Source of the DNA: an uncultured Verrucomicrobiae bacterium
GTDB lineage: Bacteria > Verrucomicrobiota > Verrucomicrobiia > Chthoniobacterales > UBA10450
Assembly: GCA_963815455.1 (NCBI GenBank)
Contig: CAWFGO010000001.1
Location: 672,001 to 736,000 of the forward strand
Direction of reading: 5' to 3'
Length of the DNA stretch: 64,000 nt
Both the position numbers and the translations under genes were made by a program. Positions 13,799 through 22,728 of the stretch are shown one piece after another. The notes under the pieces are model-generated. The model saw nothing but the letters and a program-made list of their open reading frames with translations. It was not told the origin of the DNA and did not search any database. Each line of letters starts with the position of its first letter. The stretch's first letter is position 1.

Positions 13799-14731
13799 TC
13801 ACCTCGCGGCTGCGGGAAGATCGAGGATCGCCATGACCGGACGATGATCGCTCGATTGCGTAGAGGTGTTGACCACCCACGCTTTGCGGATGGTCGCGCC
13901 TCGGCAAAAAATGTGATCGAAGCAAGTGGCGGGAAAGCCTTTGCCGGAGGGTAAACTTACCCGGGCACTGGGCTGGATGTCCTTCCAGCTCCAGGAAAAG
14001 CCGTTGTCGATCCAGCCTCGAAGGGTCTTCTCGGCCGCGAACTGTTTATCTTCCATGGAAGTATTAAAGTCGCCGCCCACAACCCACGCGATGTTGCCAA
14101 GTTTGCCGTAAGCGGCCTGCATCGCATCCATATGCGAACGCAATTGTCGCATCGATTCCTCGCGCATCGACACGTTTTCCTGGCTATTGCCAAGGTTGCT
14201 CTTGAGATGCAGCGCGTAAACCATGAGCAATTGGTGCGGCGAAATTTGGTAGGCGGCAAACGCGAACCCGCGGGGAGGAACGATGGTGCCGTTCGCCTGC
14301 CAGAGCTCGGCCCACGCGCTTAGCGGCTGCAACCGGCTGGCGATGGCCACTTCCTGGGCCTCGGTTTGCCCTTCGCGCGGTGGGAAATTGGCGCAAACAT
14401 CTACTTTGAATCCGGCCAGCGGTTTCACCGCTACGCCGGCCTGCTCGAAATTGCGCACTTCTTCCATGCCGATAACGTCGACCGGGCCGAGTTTCGCCAT
14501 GTCGGCGTGAACCATGCCGGTTTGGCGGGTTTCTTCCATGCTCGTAGGATTGGGATGACCCCCGGGAAACCATTGAATGTTCCAGAAGGCCACCGTGATG
14601 GTTCGATTTCCGGCGGCAACGGAACCGGGCTGCGATGAAAACGGCCATGGACTTGTCTGCGCGCCGATGGTTGCTGCGAAAAGCGCCGAGATGGCGATGA
14701 ATATTGAACGAGCAAGGGATTGGCGTGTCAT
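13799..14731 (-). CDS. Secreted endonuclease/exonuclease/phosphatase family protein
   Basis: Signal peptide, FWNI, EEV, HLKS, GGDFN, FDHIF, SDHRPV. Confidence 0.85.
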   Translation of the reverse strand: MTRQSLARSIFIAISALFAATIGAQTSPWPFSSQPGSVAAGNRTITVAFWNIQWFPGGHPNPTSMEETRQTGMVHADMAKLGPVDVIGMEEVRNFEQAGVAVKPLAGFKVDVCANFPPREGQTEAQEVAIASRLQPLSAWAELWQANGTIVPPRGFAFAAYQISPHQLLMVYALHLKSNLGNSQENVSMREESMRQLRSHMDAMQAAYGKLGNIAWVVGGDFNTSMEDKQFAAEKTLRGWIDNGFSWSWKDIQPSARVSLPSGKGFPATCFDHIFCRGATIRKAWVVNTSTQSSDHRPVMAILDLPAAAR

Positions 14732-14936
14732 TAATTGAATATGGGGTTGAGGACGAAAAATGGAGTTTATAGGGAAAAATCGTTGACTAAAGGGAATTTG
14801 CCGGGAAGTTGGGGGACTCTTTTAGGGCGCACCTGAAAAACTCATCGCGATTGGCGCGCGTCTGTGTCGTCGCAATCGAATCAATAGCGAGGGAATTGCC
14901 TTCGTTTCCAGCGTCGCGTCGCAGCCTGTTAAGAAA

Positions 14937-15807
14937 ATGAAACCTGGAACCATTACTCATACAATCGCGGCATTGCTGTCGTCTATTTCATCTTTGTTTG
15001 CCCACTCGGCACCGGCCAAAGTCGGACCGTCTCAAATCAAGCTGAGCAAGAAGTCGGACAGATTAAACGACGACCTCGTGCTCAACACCGATTCAGTCGC
15101 GTTCGCACCGCGGCATTTGTCACCGCCGCCACCGCCGCGAAAAGGGGACGACCGTTACCCGTGGAAACGGCAGATCGTGACAACGGTATTTTGGATTGGC
15201 GAGAAGCCGAGCGAGAATAATCCGGTCCCAAATCGATCGAGCTCGTGGGACAAGGATTGGACGAAAAGCTATGGCGGATATGACGATCCGAACCCGGCGC
15301 ATCGAAGCAATTACATTCCGGCGAAATTCACGCCTCGACAGAATCCGTTCTACTGCGCGTTGCCATACAACGATAAAAAAACAAACGGCCACCGGCCCGA
15401 AGCGCCGCGGGTCGTTCCGTGGTTCCGGGAAGCGTATCAGGGCCCGGGCGTGTCCACCTGCAAAGGGCCGCTGGGTAGCGATTCACAAGGGCAATCGAGT
15501 GGTCTACGCCCAATGGGAAGATGCGGGACCTTTTCGCACCGATCACTGGCAATACGTCTTCGGCAACGAACGGCCAAAACCGAACCTGAATAAAGGCGCC
15601 GGGCTCGATGTTTCGCCCGCCGTGCGCGACTACCTCGGTCTTCAGGATACGGACGTGACGGACTGGAAGTTTGTCGATTTCAACGAGGTGCCGCGCGGCC
15701 CGTGGTCGCAGTTCGGCGGGAATAATACGTTCGTCATTAACGATCAGAACAAGAGCACGGCTGTGGCCGAAGCAGCGAAACCGCCCAGTCCATTTACGTT
15801 GAGATAG
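14937..15807 (+). CDS. Secreted hypothetical protein with a possible RlpA-like double-psi beta-barrel; frameshift near 15465
   Basis: ORF 14937-15593 N-part joins ORF 15196-15807 C-part: TTVFW..FYCALPYND..CKGRWVAI..VYAQWEDAGP..GLDVSPAVRDYLG. Confidence 0.65.
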
Positions 15808-15845
15808 TATTGCCGAGAGGTTGTCGATCTTGTTAGCCTCGGCGG

Positions 15846-16632
15846 ATGCGACTTCTAAAATCTCTTGCCGTTATTATCCTTGTTTGCAGAGCCGCGGACA
15901 CTCTGTGCGCACAGTCAGGCGACTTGCAACCGGCCATGATCGCGCAGGGCGGCGATTCGGTTGCGACGAAACTTCATTATCCAGAAAAAGCGAAAGCCCA
16001 GAGAAAAGAGGCAGCGGTTCAATTTTATTGCGAGGTCGGTCCGGCTGGACAGACGCGGCATCGAGAACGATGTCGTCGCCGAAGACAACGTTCGGCCCTT
16101 TCCGGAACGCAGTTCAGAAGGCCTGCAGCAAGGCCGGTTCGACCGGCGCGAGTTGGCGGCAAGGCCGTCACGGTAATGTTCGGAGGCACTGTTTTTTTCC
16201 TCAGCTGGAAAGGCCAGCCCACGATGCTTGTTTCGCTAACAAGCGCGGACAAGGACAAGGCCGCCGCGGTGCAAACTACATCGCAGCCCCAGATGCTGCG
16301 CAGTTATGCCGAATTGGAACGGGGAATCAATGCCTGGTGGAACCTGGTAAGCTAGACCGCGGCCGCTGATATAATCCGCGGCGGAGCCGATGCAGCGGAA
16401 GTAATGTTGTCGGTTGACGCGAACGGCAATCTAACCGGAACCAAAATCACGTTCGAGACATCATCCAAACGGCGGTCTGGGAGCCGTCGTGGCAAAAGCC
16501 TGTGAAGGGGCGAAATTCATTCCGGCTTTGGCAAACGGTAAACGCGTTGCGGGTCAAATGAATCTACCGGTCAATTTCAAGATGGTTCGGGTTCCGGGGG
16601 AGATGCGGCGCACCGACCACTCGTGGGATTAA
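15846..16632 (+). CDS. TonB-like energy transducer with two TonB-C-like domains; several frameshifts
   Basis: Signal peptide, LHYPEKAK..VQFYCEV..PARVGGKAV; second unit MLSVDANGNL..AKFIPALANGKRVAGQMNLPVNF before TAA at 16630. Confidence 0.6.
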
Positions 16633-16715
16633 GTCATCACCCGTGACTCCAATAGAGGGGCGGCAAAGCGGATTGTTCGACGTCAGGTTGCCTGCTACCT
16701 AACGCGAAATCGCCA

Positions 16716-16985
16716 TTATTTCGATGCGGCCGGGGCATCGGGAGCGGACGCTGGATGATGCGCCCGTTCGCCGCTCAAACGCGAGAATAGCAAGAAGAAG
16801 CCGGCAATCGAAGCCGCCAGCACTATTACCAGGAAAAATATGCTGATCGTCCGAATGATACCGTAGCGCGCCTGTGCCCGTTGCCAGGCGGCGCGCTTCT
16901 GGAGCAGCTCCAGCTCGAGAACGCGGGCCAGATCGCCTGGATCACTTTTCACGGATTCAGTCTTGCCGGGGGTATCGGGAATCAT
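16716..16985 (-). CDS. Small single-TM hypothetical protein
   Basis: 89-aa ORF: LARVLELELLQKRAAWQ followed by one hydrophobic span. Confidence 0.6.
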   Translation of the reverse strand: MIPDTPGKTESVKSDPGDLARVLELELLQKRAAWQRAQARYGIIRTISIFFLVIVLAASIAGFFLLFSRLSGERAHHPASAPDAPAASK

Positions 16986-17008
16986 TCAAAAGAGATCCTG
17001 CAAGTCAT

Positions 17009-17683
17009 ATGCCTGATAGACGAAAATTCCTGGCCTACACCCTCCCGATGGTGGTCTTCGTCGTTTTGATGGGGCTGAGCAGCCTCCTGCATAAGACTGG
17101 AAGCCATTTCCTGTTGAGCGCCGCGGAATACTGGATTTATCCGGCTCAAGCCATTTTGTGCGGCGCGCTCCTGATCTGGTTTTACCGGGACTATCAGTTT
17201 CAACGGCCGCAGCGCGTGGGCTTCGCCGTGGGTATCGGTATCGCGGTTTTTCTTCTCTGGATCGCGCCGCAATGGCTGCTGGGCTTTTCCTCGCGTTCAG
17301 ATGGGTTTAATCCCGACCTTTTCGCCGCAAATCCACCCGCTTATTGGGCAACCGTAGGATTTCGATTCCTCCGGCTGGCGGTGGTGGTGCCCTTCATCGA
17401 AGAGATTTTTTGGCGCGGTTTTCTATTGCGCTATTTCATTAACGAAGATTTCGAGCGCGTGCCATTCGGCACCTTTTCCTGGCTGTCCTTCGCGATCGTA
17501 ACCCTTATTTTCGGCCTTTCTCACTCCTTCCCCGACTGGCCCGCCGCGCTGTTGACCGGCGCTATTTACAATGTCGTCGCATACCGGACTCGGAGCCTCT
17601 CCGCCTGCATTCTGACTCACGCCGTTACAAATTTACTGCTCGGTCTCTGGATCATGCAGACCAAACAATGGGGGTTCTGGTAA
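17009..17683 (+). CDS. CPBP (CAAX prenyl protease-related) intramembrane protease
   Basis: EEIFWRG, FGLSH and HAVTN motifs, multiple TM helices. Confidence 0.88.
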   Translation: MPDRRKFLAYTLPMVVFVVLMGLSSLLHKTGSHFLLSAAEYWIYPAQAILCGALLIWFYRDYQFQRPQRVGFAVGIGIAVFLLWIAPQWLLGFSSRSDGFNPDLFAANPPAYWATVGFRFLRLAVVVPFIEEIFWRGFLLRYFINEDFERVPFGTFSWLSFAIVTLIFGLSHSFPDWPAALLTGAIYNVVAYRTRSLSACILTHAVTNLLLGLWIMQTKQWGFW

Positions 17684-17752
17684 ACGAGCCAGCCAGCTGC
17701 CGCAGCCCGGCCGGGCAAGTGTGGCATCGACCGTGCTGTTAAAACGGCCTAA

Positions 17753-17911
17753 ATGCACGCCACGTTCTTCCAAAAAGTAATCCTTTGCGCGATTGCGGGA
17801 TTTCTTGCCGCGTCACTGATTCAGTGGGGCAAGGTATTCGTGGAGGGGGCTGATAAAGCTCTGAACGAGGGTTATCAGCATCACGCCGTAATCGGGCCGA
17901 GCAACCCTTGA
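17753..17911 (+). CDS. Putative 52-aa membrane peptide (not in ORF track)
   Basis: MHATFFQKVILCAIAGFLAASLIQWGKVFVEGADKALNEGYQHHAVIGPSNP*; fills an intergenic gap, one hydrophobic span. Confidence 0.4.
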   Translation: MHATFFQKVILCAIAGFLAASLIQWGKVFVEGADKALNEGYQHHAVIGPSNP

Positions 17912-17935
17912 ACCACTCCTAGCGGTAAAAGACTA

Positions 17936-17963
17936 TTGCCGCGAGCGGCATTGCGCATAATCT
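17936..17963 (+). promoter_or_regulatory. Putative sigma-70 promoter of nadE
   Basis: TTGCCG-16 nt-TAATCT, 12 nt before the ATG. Confidence 0.45.
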
Positions 17964-17975
17964 GCGGAACGCTGC

Positions 17976-19628
17976 ATGAAGATCGGTTTTGCTCAGCTCA
18001 ATCCTACCGTGGGCGATTTGAGCGGCAATTATGAGTTAATCCTGCGCGCCTATGAGCGGCTGGTCGCCGATGGCGCCGAACTCGTCCTGACGCCTGAGTT
18101 GGCCATCCCCGGTTATCCGCCCCAGGATCTGATTTTCAAATCGCGTTTTGTTCCTGAGAATCTACAAATCGTCGAGCAACTTCACGCCCGGGTAGGGAAA
18201 GTGCCGTTGCTCGTGGGCTTCGTCGATCGCAATGAGGGCCGGGGCAAGCCGTTCCACAATGCCGCCGCGTTGCTTCAGAAAGGCAAACCGGTTCGCAAAG
18301 CGCACAAATCGCTCCTCCCCACTTACGACGTTTTCGATGAGGACCGCTATTTTGAACCGGCCAGTCGTGTGCAGGCGTTCGATCTCGATGGGAAAAAGAT
18401 CGGAGTCACGATCTGCGAGGATATTTGGACCGAACATTATTTGCCCCGGCCGTTGTACGATGTCGAACCGGTCCGCGCCCTGATCGATCAGGGGGCGGAG
18501 ATCATTGTCAATTTGAGCGCGTCGCCGTTCAGCCTGCATAAGCCCGGAATCCGGCACGAAATGGTCGCATCCCTGGCCCGCGCTTACCACCGGCCGATCT
18601 GTTATTGCAACGCCGTAGGCGGCAACGATCAACTGGTGTTCGATGGTAATTCCATCGCGGCCAATTCCGCCGGCAAATTGATCGCGCAGCTGCCAGCGTT
18701 TCGCGAACAGGGAGTGGTCGTCGATACCGAGGCCACGTCCACGATCGAATTTCGTGAAGGCAAGACACCGGAGGTCCTTTTCGCTGCGCTTTCCCTTGGT
18801 GTTCGCGATTATTTTCGGAAATGCGGCTTCCACTCCGCGGTGCTTGGTCTGAGCGGTGGAATTGATTCCGCGGTCACAGCCGTGATCGCGGTCGACGCGC
18901 TCGGCGCAGAAAACGTGACCGGCGTTTCGATGCCCAGTCCCTACTCTTCACGAGGCAGCGTGGACGATGCCGCCGCCCTCGCCCGCAATCTCGGGATAAA
19001 GTTTTTCGAGATCCCGATCACCGAGTCGTTCAAAGTGTTCAAATCGCAATTCAAGGAGATCTTCAAAGGGCTGCCCGAAGACACGACCGAGGAAAACATG
19101 CAACCGCGTTTGCGGGCGATGACTTTGATGGCGCTCTCGAACAAGTTTGGTCATTTGTTGCTGACTACCGGCAACAAGAGCGAGTTGGCCGTCGGCTATT
19201 GCACAATTTACGGCGACATGGCCGGTGGCCTGGCCGTGATCAGCGACGTGCCCAAAACAATGATTTACGACCTCGCCCGCTGGATCAATTCCGACCACGC
19301 ACCCCAAGCCGGTGGCGAGAAGGAACTCATTCCAACATCGACAATCGAAAAACCGCCGAGCGCCGAGTTGAAGCCGAACCAGGTCGATCAGGACACGCTC
19401 CCGCCCTACGACGTTCTCGACGAAATCCTACGACTATACGTCGAAGAGAACTTGAGTGCGCGCGACATCATTACCCATGGATTCGATGAAAAAACGGTCC
19501 GCTGGGTCCAACGCCGGGTCGATCTAAACGAATACAAACGCGAGCAAGCCGCGCCCGGTCTGAAAGTAACCAGCCGCGCCTTCGGTGTCGGCCGCCGTAT
19601 GCCGATCGCGCAGAAGTACGTCGACTAA
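17976..19628 (+). CDS. nadE: Glutamine-dependent NAD+ synthetase
   Basis: Nitrilase domain (PEL..GY, KSLLPTYDVFDE, ICEDIW) plus GLSGGIDS, TGNKSE, KPPSAEL, NEYKR. Confidence 0.95.
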   Translation: MKIGFAQLNPTVGDLSGNYELILRAYERLVADGAELVLTPELAIPGYPPQDLIFKSRFVPENLQIVEQLHARVGKVPLLVGFVDRNEGRGKPFHNAAALLQKGKPVRKAHKSLLPTYDVFDEDRYFEPASRVQAFDLDGKKIGVTICEDIWTEHYLPRPLYDVEPVRALIDQGAEIIVNLSASPFSLHKPGIRHEMVASLARAYHRPICYCNAVGGNDQLVFDGNSIAANSAGKLIAQLPAFREQGVVVDTEATSTIEFREGKTPEVLFAALSLGVRDYFRKCGFHSAVLGLSGGIDSAVTAVIAVDALGAENVTGVSMPSPYSSRGSVDDAAALARNLGIKFFEIPITESFKVFKSQFKEIFKGLPEDTTEENMQPRLRAMTLMALSNKFGHLLLTTGNKSELAVGYCTIYGDMAGGLAVISDVPKTMIYDLARWINSDHAPQAGGEKELIPTSTIEKPPSAELKPNQVDQDTLPPYDVLDEILRLYVEENLSARDIITHGFDEKTVRWVQRRVDLNEYKREQAAPGLKVTSRAFGVGRRMPIAQKYVD

Positions 19629-19634
19629 TTTTTC

Positions 19635-19660
19635 GGAGTGCGGCGGCACGTCGCCCCTTT
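19635..19660. repeat. Single GGAG-type REP-like half site
   Basis: GGAGTGCGGCGGCACGTCGCCCCTTT with internal stem GGCGGC/GTCGCC. Confidence 0.5.
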
Positions 19661-19975
19661 AGAGCGCGGACGCTCAATGTCGCGGAATTGACCCAGCCGC
19701 TTTTGCAGCACCCGATGATAAAGAAAAACCAGTGCATTGAGCGCTTCCTTCTGGGTGTTGGTGGAAACGTTTTCGCCCACCGCCAGATGCGTAAGATAAA
19801 GCTCCACCTCTAGTGCTCCCATTTCCCGAGGATGTTTTTTGCCGTGAAAGAGAATAAACCGGCAAATCCAGCCTACATATGCCTCTTCCGTCCGCTTGGA
19901 ATAATGATTCATCCGCAATACGTCGCGGACGTGGTCGAGCAACCTGCGCGGCGGCGGTGCTGGATTGGGAATCGC
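19660..19975 (-). pseudogene. intI: Integron integrase N-terminal (SAM-like) fragment; catalytic domain absent
   Basis: RLLDHVRDVLRMNHYSKRTEEAYVGWICRFILFHGKKHPREMG..EVELYLTHLAV..VSTNTQKEALNALVFLY matches the IntI N-terminus; similarity ends at IERPRSK with no RHRY residues. Confidence 0.88.
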
Positions 19976-19979
19976 TTTT

Positions 19980-20076
19980 CGAGCCAACTGCTGGCCGCCG
20001 GTACTGAAAGGCTGAAGGATGAAATGAAAGCTAAGCTCGCTCACGCCAGCGGTCGCAGAGCTCGTTCTCGTTAGAC
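19980..20076 (+). mobile_element. Degenerate attC site lacking its R'' box
   Basis: Ends in GTTAGAC (GTTRRRY); internal pairing ACTGCTGGC/GCCAGCGGT and CGAGC/GCTCG; no RYYYAAC upstream. Confidence 0.65.
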
Positions 20077-20117
20077 GTTGCTAAGGGCCTCGTGTGAATG
20101 AAAGCTATCTCGCCATC

Positions 20118-20594
20118 GTGAGTTCGATAATCTATCGCCAGGTTCACCCGTCGGAGACCGCTGCGGTGTCCTCTCTTGCGCGCGGGGTGTTCGACAAGTT
20201 TGTCGCACCGCATTACCAGACCGAGGGCATTGCGGAGTTTCACCGCTACGCTTCTGTCGAGGCCCTTTCGCAGCGTCACGAGTCCGGTCACATCACCTTA
20301 GTTGCCGAGCACTCAGGCGAGTTGATCGGCATGCTCCATTTGCGGGAGCCTTGCCACGTTTCCATGCTCTTTGTTCAGTCTTCCCGCCAGCGCGGCGGCA
20401 TTGGTCGTGGGCTGCTCGCTGCTGCGGGTGCTCTAGCTGGCGATACGGATTGCGAATTCACTGTCAGTTCTTCACCGAATGCCGTTTCTGCCTACGAGCG
20501 TTTGGGTTTTCGTATCACTGGCTCGGAGCAGTGCGTCCACGGCATTCGCTTTGTGCCCATGCAACGTCTCTCGCACAATGACCGCAACACCTGA
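20118..20594 (+). CDS. GNAT acetyltransferase, integron cassette 1
   Basis: LFVQSSRQRGGIGRGLL acetyl-CoA motif, SSPNAVSAYERLGF; bounded by attC-like sites; start could also be 20094. Confidence 0.85.
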   Translation: MSSIIYRQVHPSETAAVSSLARGVFDKFVAPHYQTEGIAEFHRYASVEALSQRHESGHITLVAEHSGELIGMLHLREPCHVSMLFVQSSRQRGGIGRGLLAAAGALAGDTDCEFTVSSSPNAVSAYERLGFRITGSEQCVHGIRFVPMQRLSHNDRNT

Positions 20595-20654
20595 CCATTT
20601 CCGCACCGAGCGGCGCGCCCTCGTCCGCTGCCGCTCACGTTGTTCTCGTTAGGC
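20589..20654 (+). mobile_element. Internally deleted attC site
   Basis: ACCTGAC (R''-like, overlapping the stop) to GTTAGGC (R'); shares the tail GTTCTCGTTAG with the site at 20064-20074. Confidence 0.65.
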
Positions 20655-20681
20655 GTTAACAGCATATTGGCACGTAATTAA

Positions 20682-21149
20682 ATGGTTAGAGGCTTGAGCG
20701 CTGCGAAGGTCGATTTGAAACCTGGCATTTACGTTGGTGCGGGGGTCGCGACGCTGCTTCTGCTTTTGCCATATGTAAATCTAATCTTCCTGCCCGCTTA
20801 CGTTCTCGGCCCCATGGCAGGGGTGTGGTTTGAACTGAGGCGCCGTGATCAGCACCTCGACTTCACGCACGCAGCGCTGGTCGGGTTTTACAGCCCGTTT
20901 TACGGCACAATCGCAGCCATCGCTATCAATCAGATTGCGCTGCATTTCATGCGGGAACAGCTGTGGCGCTTCGAAAAAATTTATCTTCTGCCGCCGCTGC
21001 TCGCCAGCAAGGGTCTGGATTCCGATACGCCAGGTGGCTGGTATCTCTTAATGGTTCAGATAGTCATTATCGCCATTTTCGCTGGCGCGGTTGGAGTGCC
21101 TTCAGGCATACTGGGAGTCAAGCTCTTGCAGCGATCCTCCCGACCCTAA
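20682..21149 (+). CDS. Hypothetical multi-TM membrane protein, integron cassette 2
   Basis: Starts 27 nt after GTTAGGC; about four hydrophobic spans; stop lies in CCCTAAT (R''-like). Confidence 0.7.
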   Translation: MVRGLSAAKVDLKPGIYVGAGVATLLLLLPYVNLIFLPAYVLGPMAGVWFELRRRDQHLDFTHAALVGFYSPFYGTIAAIAINQIALHFMREQLWRFEKIYLLPPLLASKGLDSDTPGGWYLLMVQIVIIAIFAGAVGVPSGILGVKLLQRSSRP

Positions 21150-21312
21150 TAGGTAAATTTTAAGATCGTGGTGGCATAGGCTTGTGAGGTTTGGCATTGG
21201 CGCTGAATTTTCTGGTGGATTGTTCAGCCCCGAAAGCCTTCCGGGCAGGCGGCCATGCTCCTATCCGCCGGAAGCCAGTTGGAGAAGCAACCGGAGCTGG
21301 GCAATGTGAGGT

Positions 21313-22002
21313 TCAACCGAACAGGTTGTATCGCAAAATGGCGTAAACGGCACGGATGCCGTCTTTCCAGTTCACTTTCTTCCCCTCTGCGTAAGTGCGC
21401 CCGCTATAGGAAATACCGACCTCATAAATTCGACACCGCGCTTTGGCCAGCCTGGCTGCGATTTCCACTTCGAATCCGAAACGATTCTCTCGAAGATCGA
21501 GATTCTTGACCAGCGACGCGCGGAAAGCTTTGTAGCCGGTCTCGACGTCGGTCAGGTTCAGGTTTGTCAGCATGTTCGAAAGCAGCGTCAGAAACTTGTT
21601 CCCGAGCATGTGCCAGAAATAAAGGACGCGATGCGGCCGGCCACTTACGAAACGAGAACCAAAAACAGCGTCGGCTTCGCCGGAAAAAATCGGGTCGAGC
21701 AGAGCCGAATAATCGGCCGGATCGTATTCGAGGTCGGCATCCTGGATCAGGATCACCTCGCCGGTGGCGGCAGCGAAACCGGCGCGAAGGGCTGCGCCTT
21801 TGCCGGAATTGTGCGGCTGGTAAATAACTCGATCGACAAGTGGCGCGATTTTTTCTTTTAACACGGCAGTCGTTCCATCGGTGGAGCCATCGTCGACCAC
21901 AATGATTTCCCGATCCTCCAGCGGCGAAGAGCGAATCGCTGCGACGATTTGCTCGATCGTCTCGCGCTCGTTAAAGCAAGGAACAATGACAGAGACCTTC
22001 AT
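21313..22002 (-). CDS. GT2 glycosyltransferase (polyprenol-phosphate sugar synthase-like)
   Basis: VSVIVPCFNE, VDDGSTDGT, GKGAALRAG, QDADLEYDP, TDVETGYK, GKKVNWKDG. Confidence 0.9.
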   Translation of the reverse strand: MKVSVIVPCFNERETIEQIVAAIRSSPLEDREIIVVDDGSTDGTTAVLKEKIAPLVDRVIYQPHNSGKGAALRAGFAAATGEVILIQDADLEYDPADYSALLDPIFSGEADAVFGSRFVSGRPHRVLYFWHMLGNKFLTLLSNMLTNLNLTDVETGYKAFRASLVKNLDLRENRFGFEVEIAARLAKARCRIYEVGISYSGRTYAEGKKVNWKDGIRAVYAILRYNLFG

Positions 22003-22072
22003 GGTGATTCGATTCCGCACACACCGATCCCAGATTGAATTGTCGATCTTGAGCCCGGCAAGCAGGAACTTT

Positions 22073-22145
22073 TGCACCGTGGAGGAATCGAACCTCCAAC
22101 CCAGTGATTAAGAGTCACTTGCTCTGCCAATTGAGCTAACGGTGC
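22073..22145 (-). tRNA. tRNA-Lys(CTT), CCA not encoded
   Basis: GCACCGTTAGCTCAATTGGCAGAGCAAGTGACTCTTAATCACTGGGTTGGAGGTTCGATTCCTCCACGGTGCA folds as a cloverleaf with anticodon CTT. Confidence 0.95.
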
Positions 22146-22728
22146 TAATTGCCTTTTTCCCAAATAAATGCCGCATAAACGTGTCCGTCTGCAATCCAAA
22201 ATCGGCAACGAACCGGCAGCACGAAGGATCGTTCTGTTACGCATCTATCCATCTTAGGGACCGGAAATTACTCATACCAACACGATGCACAATGCGGAAG
22301 TTTTCCAGTTTCCCGCTGGTCGAAGTATCAACGCAAAGAGACGCTGCGCCTCATCGCGAGTTTCCTTGAGAAGGATCCCGAGACATCGGGGCGTTTCGGC
22401 CATAGGTTGAACTCCAGTTGCCGCGGCCGCGGTTGCCTTTTGCGGGGTCGATTACCGAGTAGATGGCGCAATCGTATCTTCATGTTCGAGTGAACATAAT
22501 GAAACACGGAACGTTCGTCCATCTTAAAAAATGCAGACTGCACATCCGGGGACATCCCTTCTTAACAAGGCCGAGCAGTTTGTCCGATTCGGTGGTCCCG
22601 CCTGCTTAAAATCGCGGGGAGCTTCGCCGCGAGCGCACTCCGGGAGCCCGGGTTCCGTCGCTTTTAGATCTGGCCGATAGACTCATTTCTTGTAAAATTT
22701 CAGCAGACCTAGTTGGTGCGATCTTACC

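Noticed and set aside
19625..20044. ORF-track 139-aa protein as an intact gene
   Set aside because: Its N-terminus is the reverse strand of an attC and its C-terminus is a REP; only the middle is IntI-derived
19630..22145. Integrative element at tRNA-Lys
   Set aside because: No duplicated tRNA 3' end was found, and the integrase fragment is integron-type rather than phage-type
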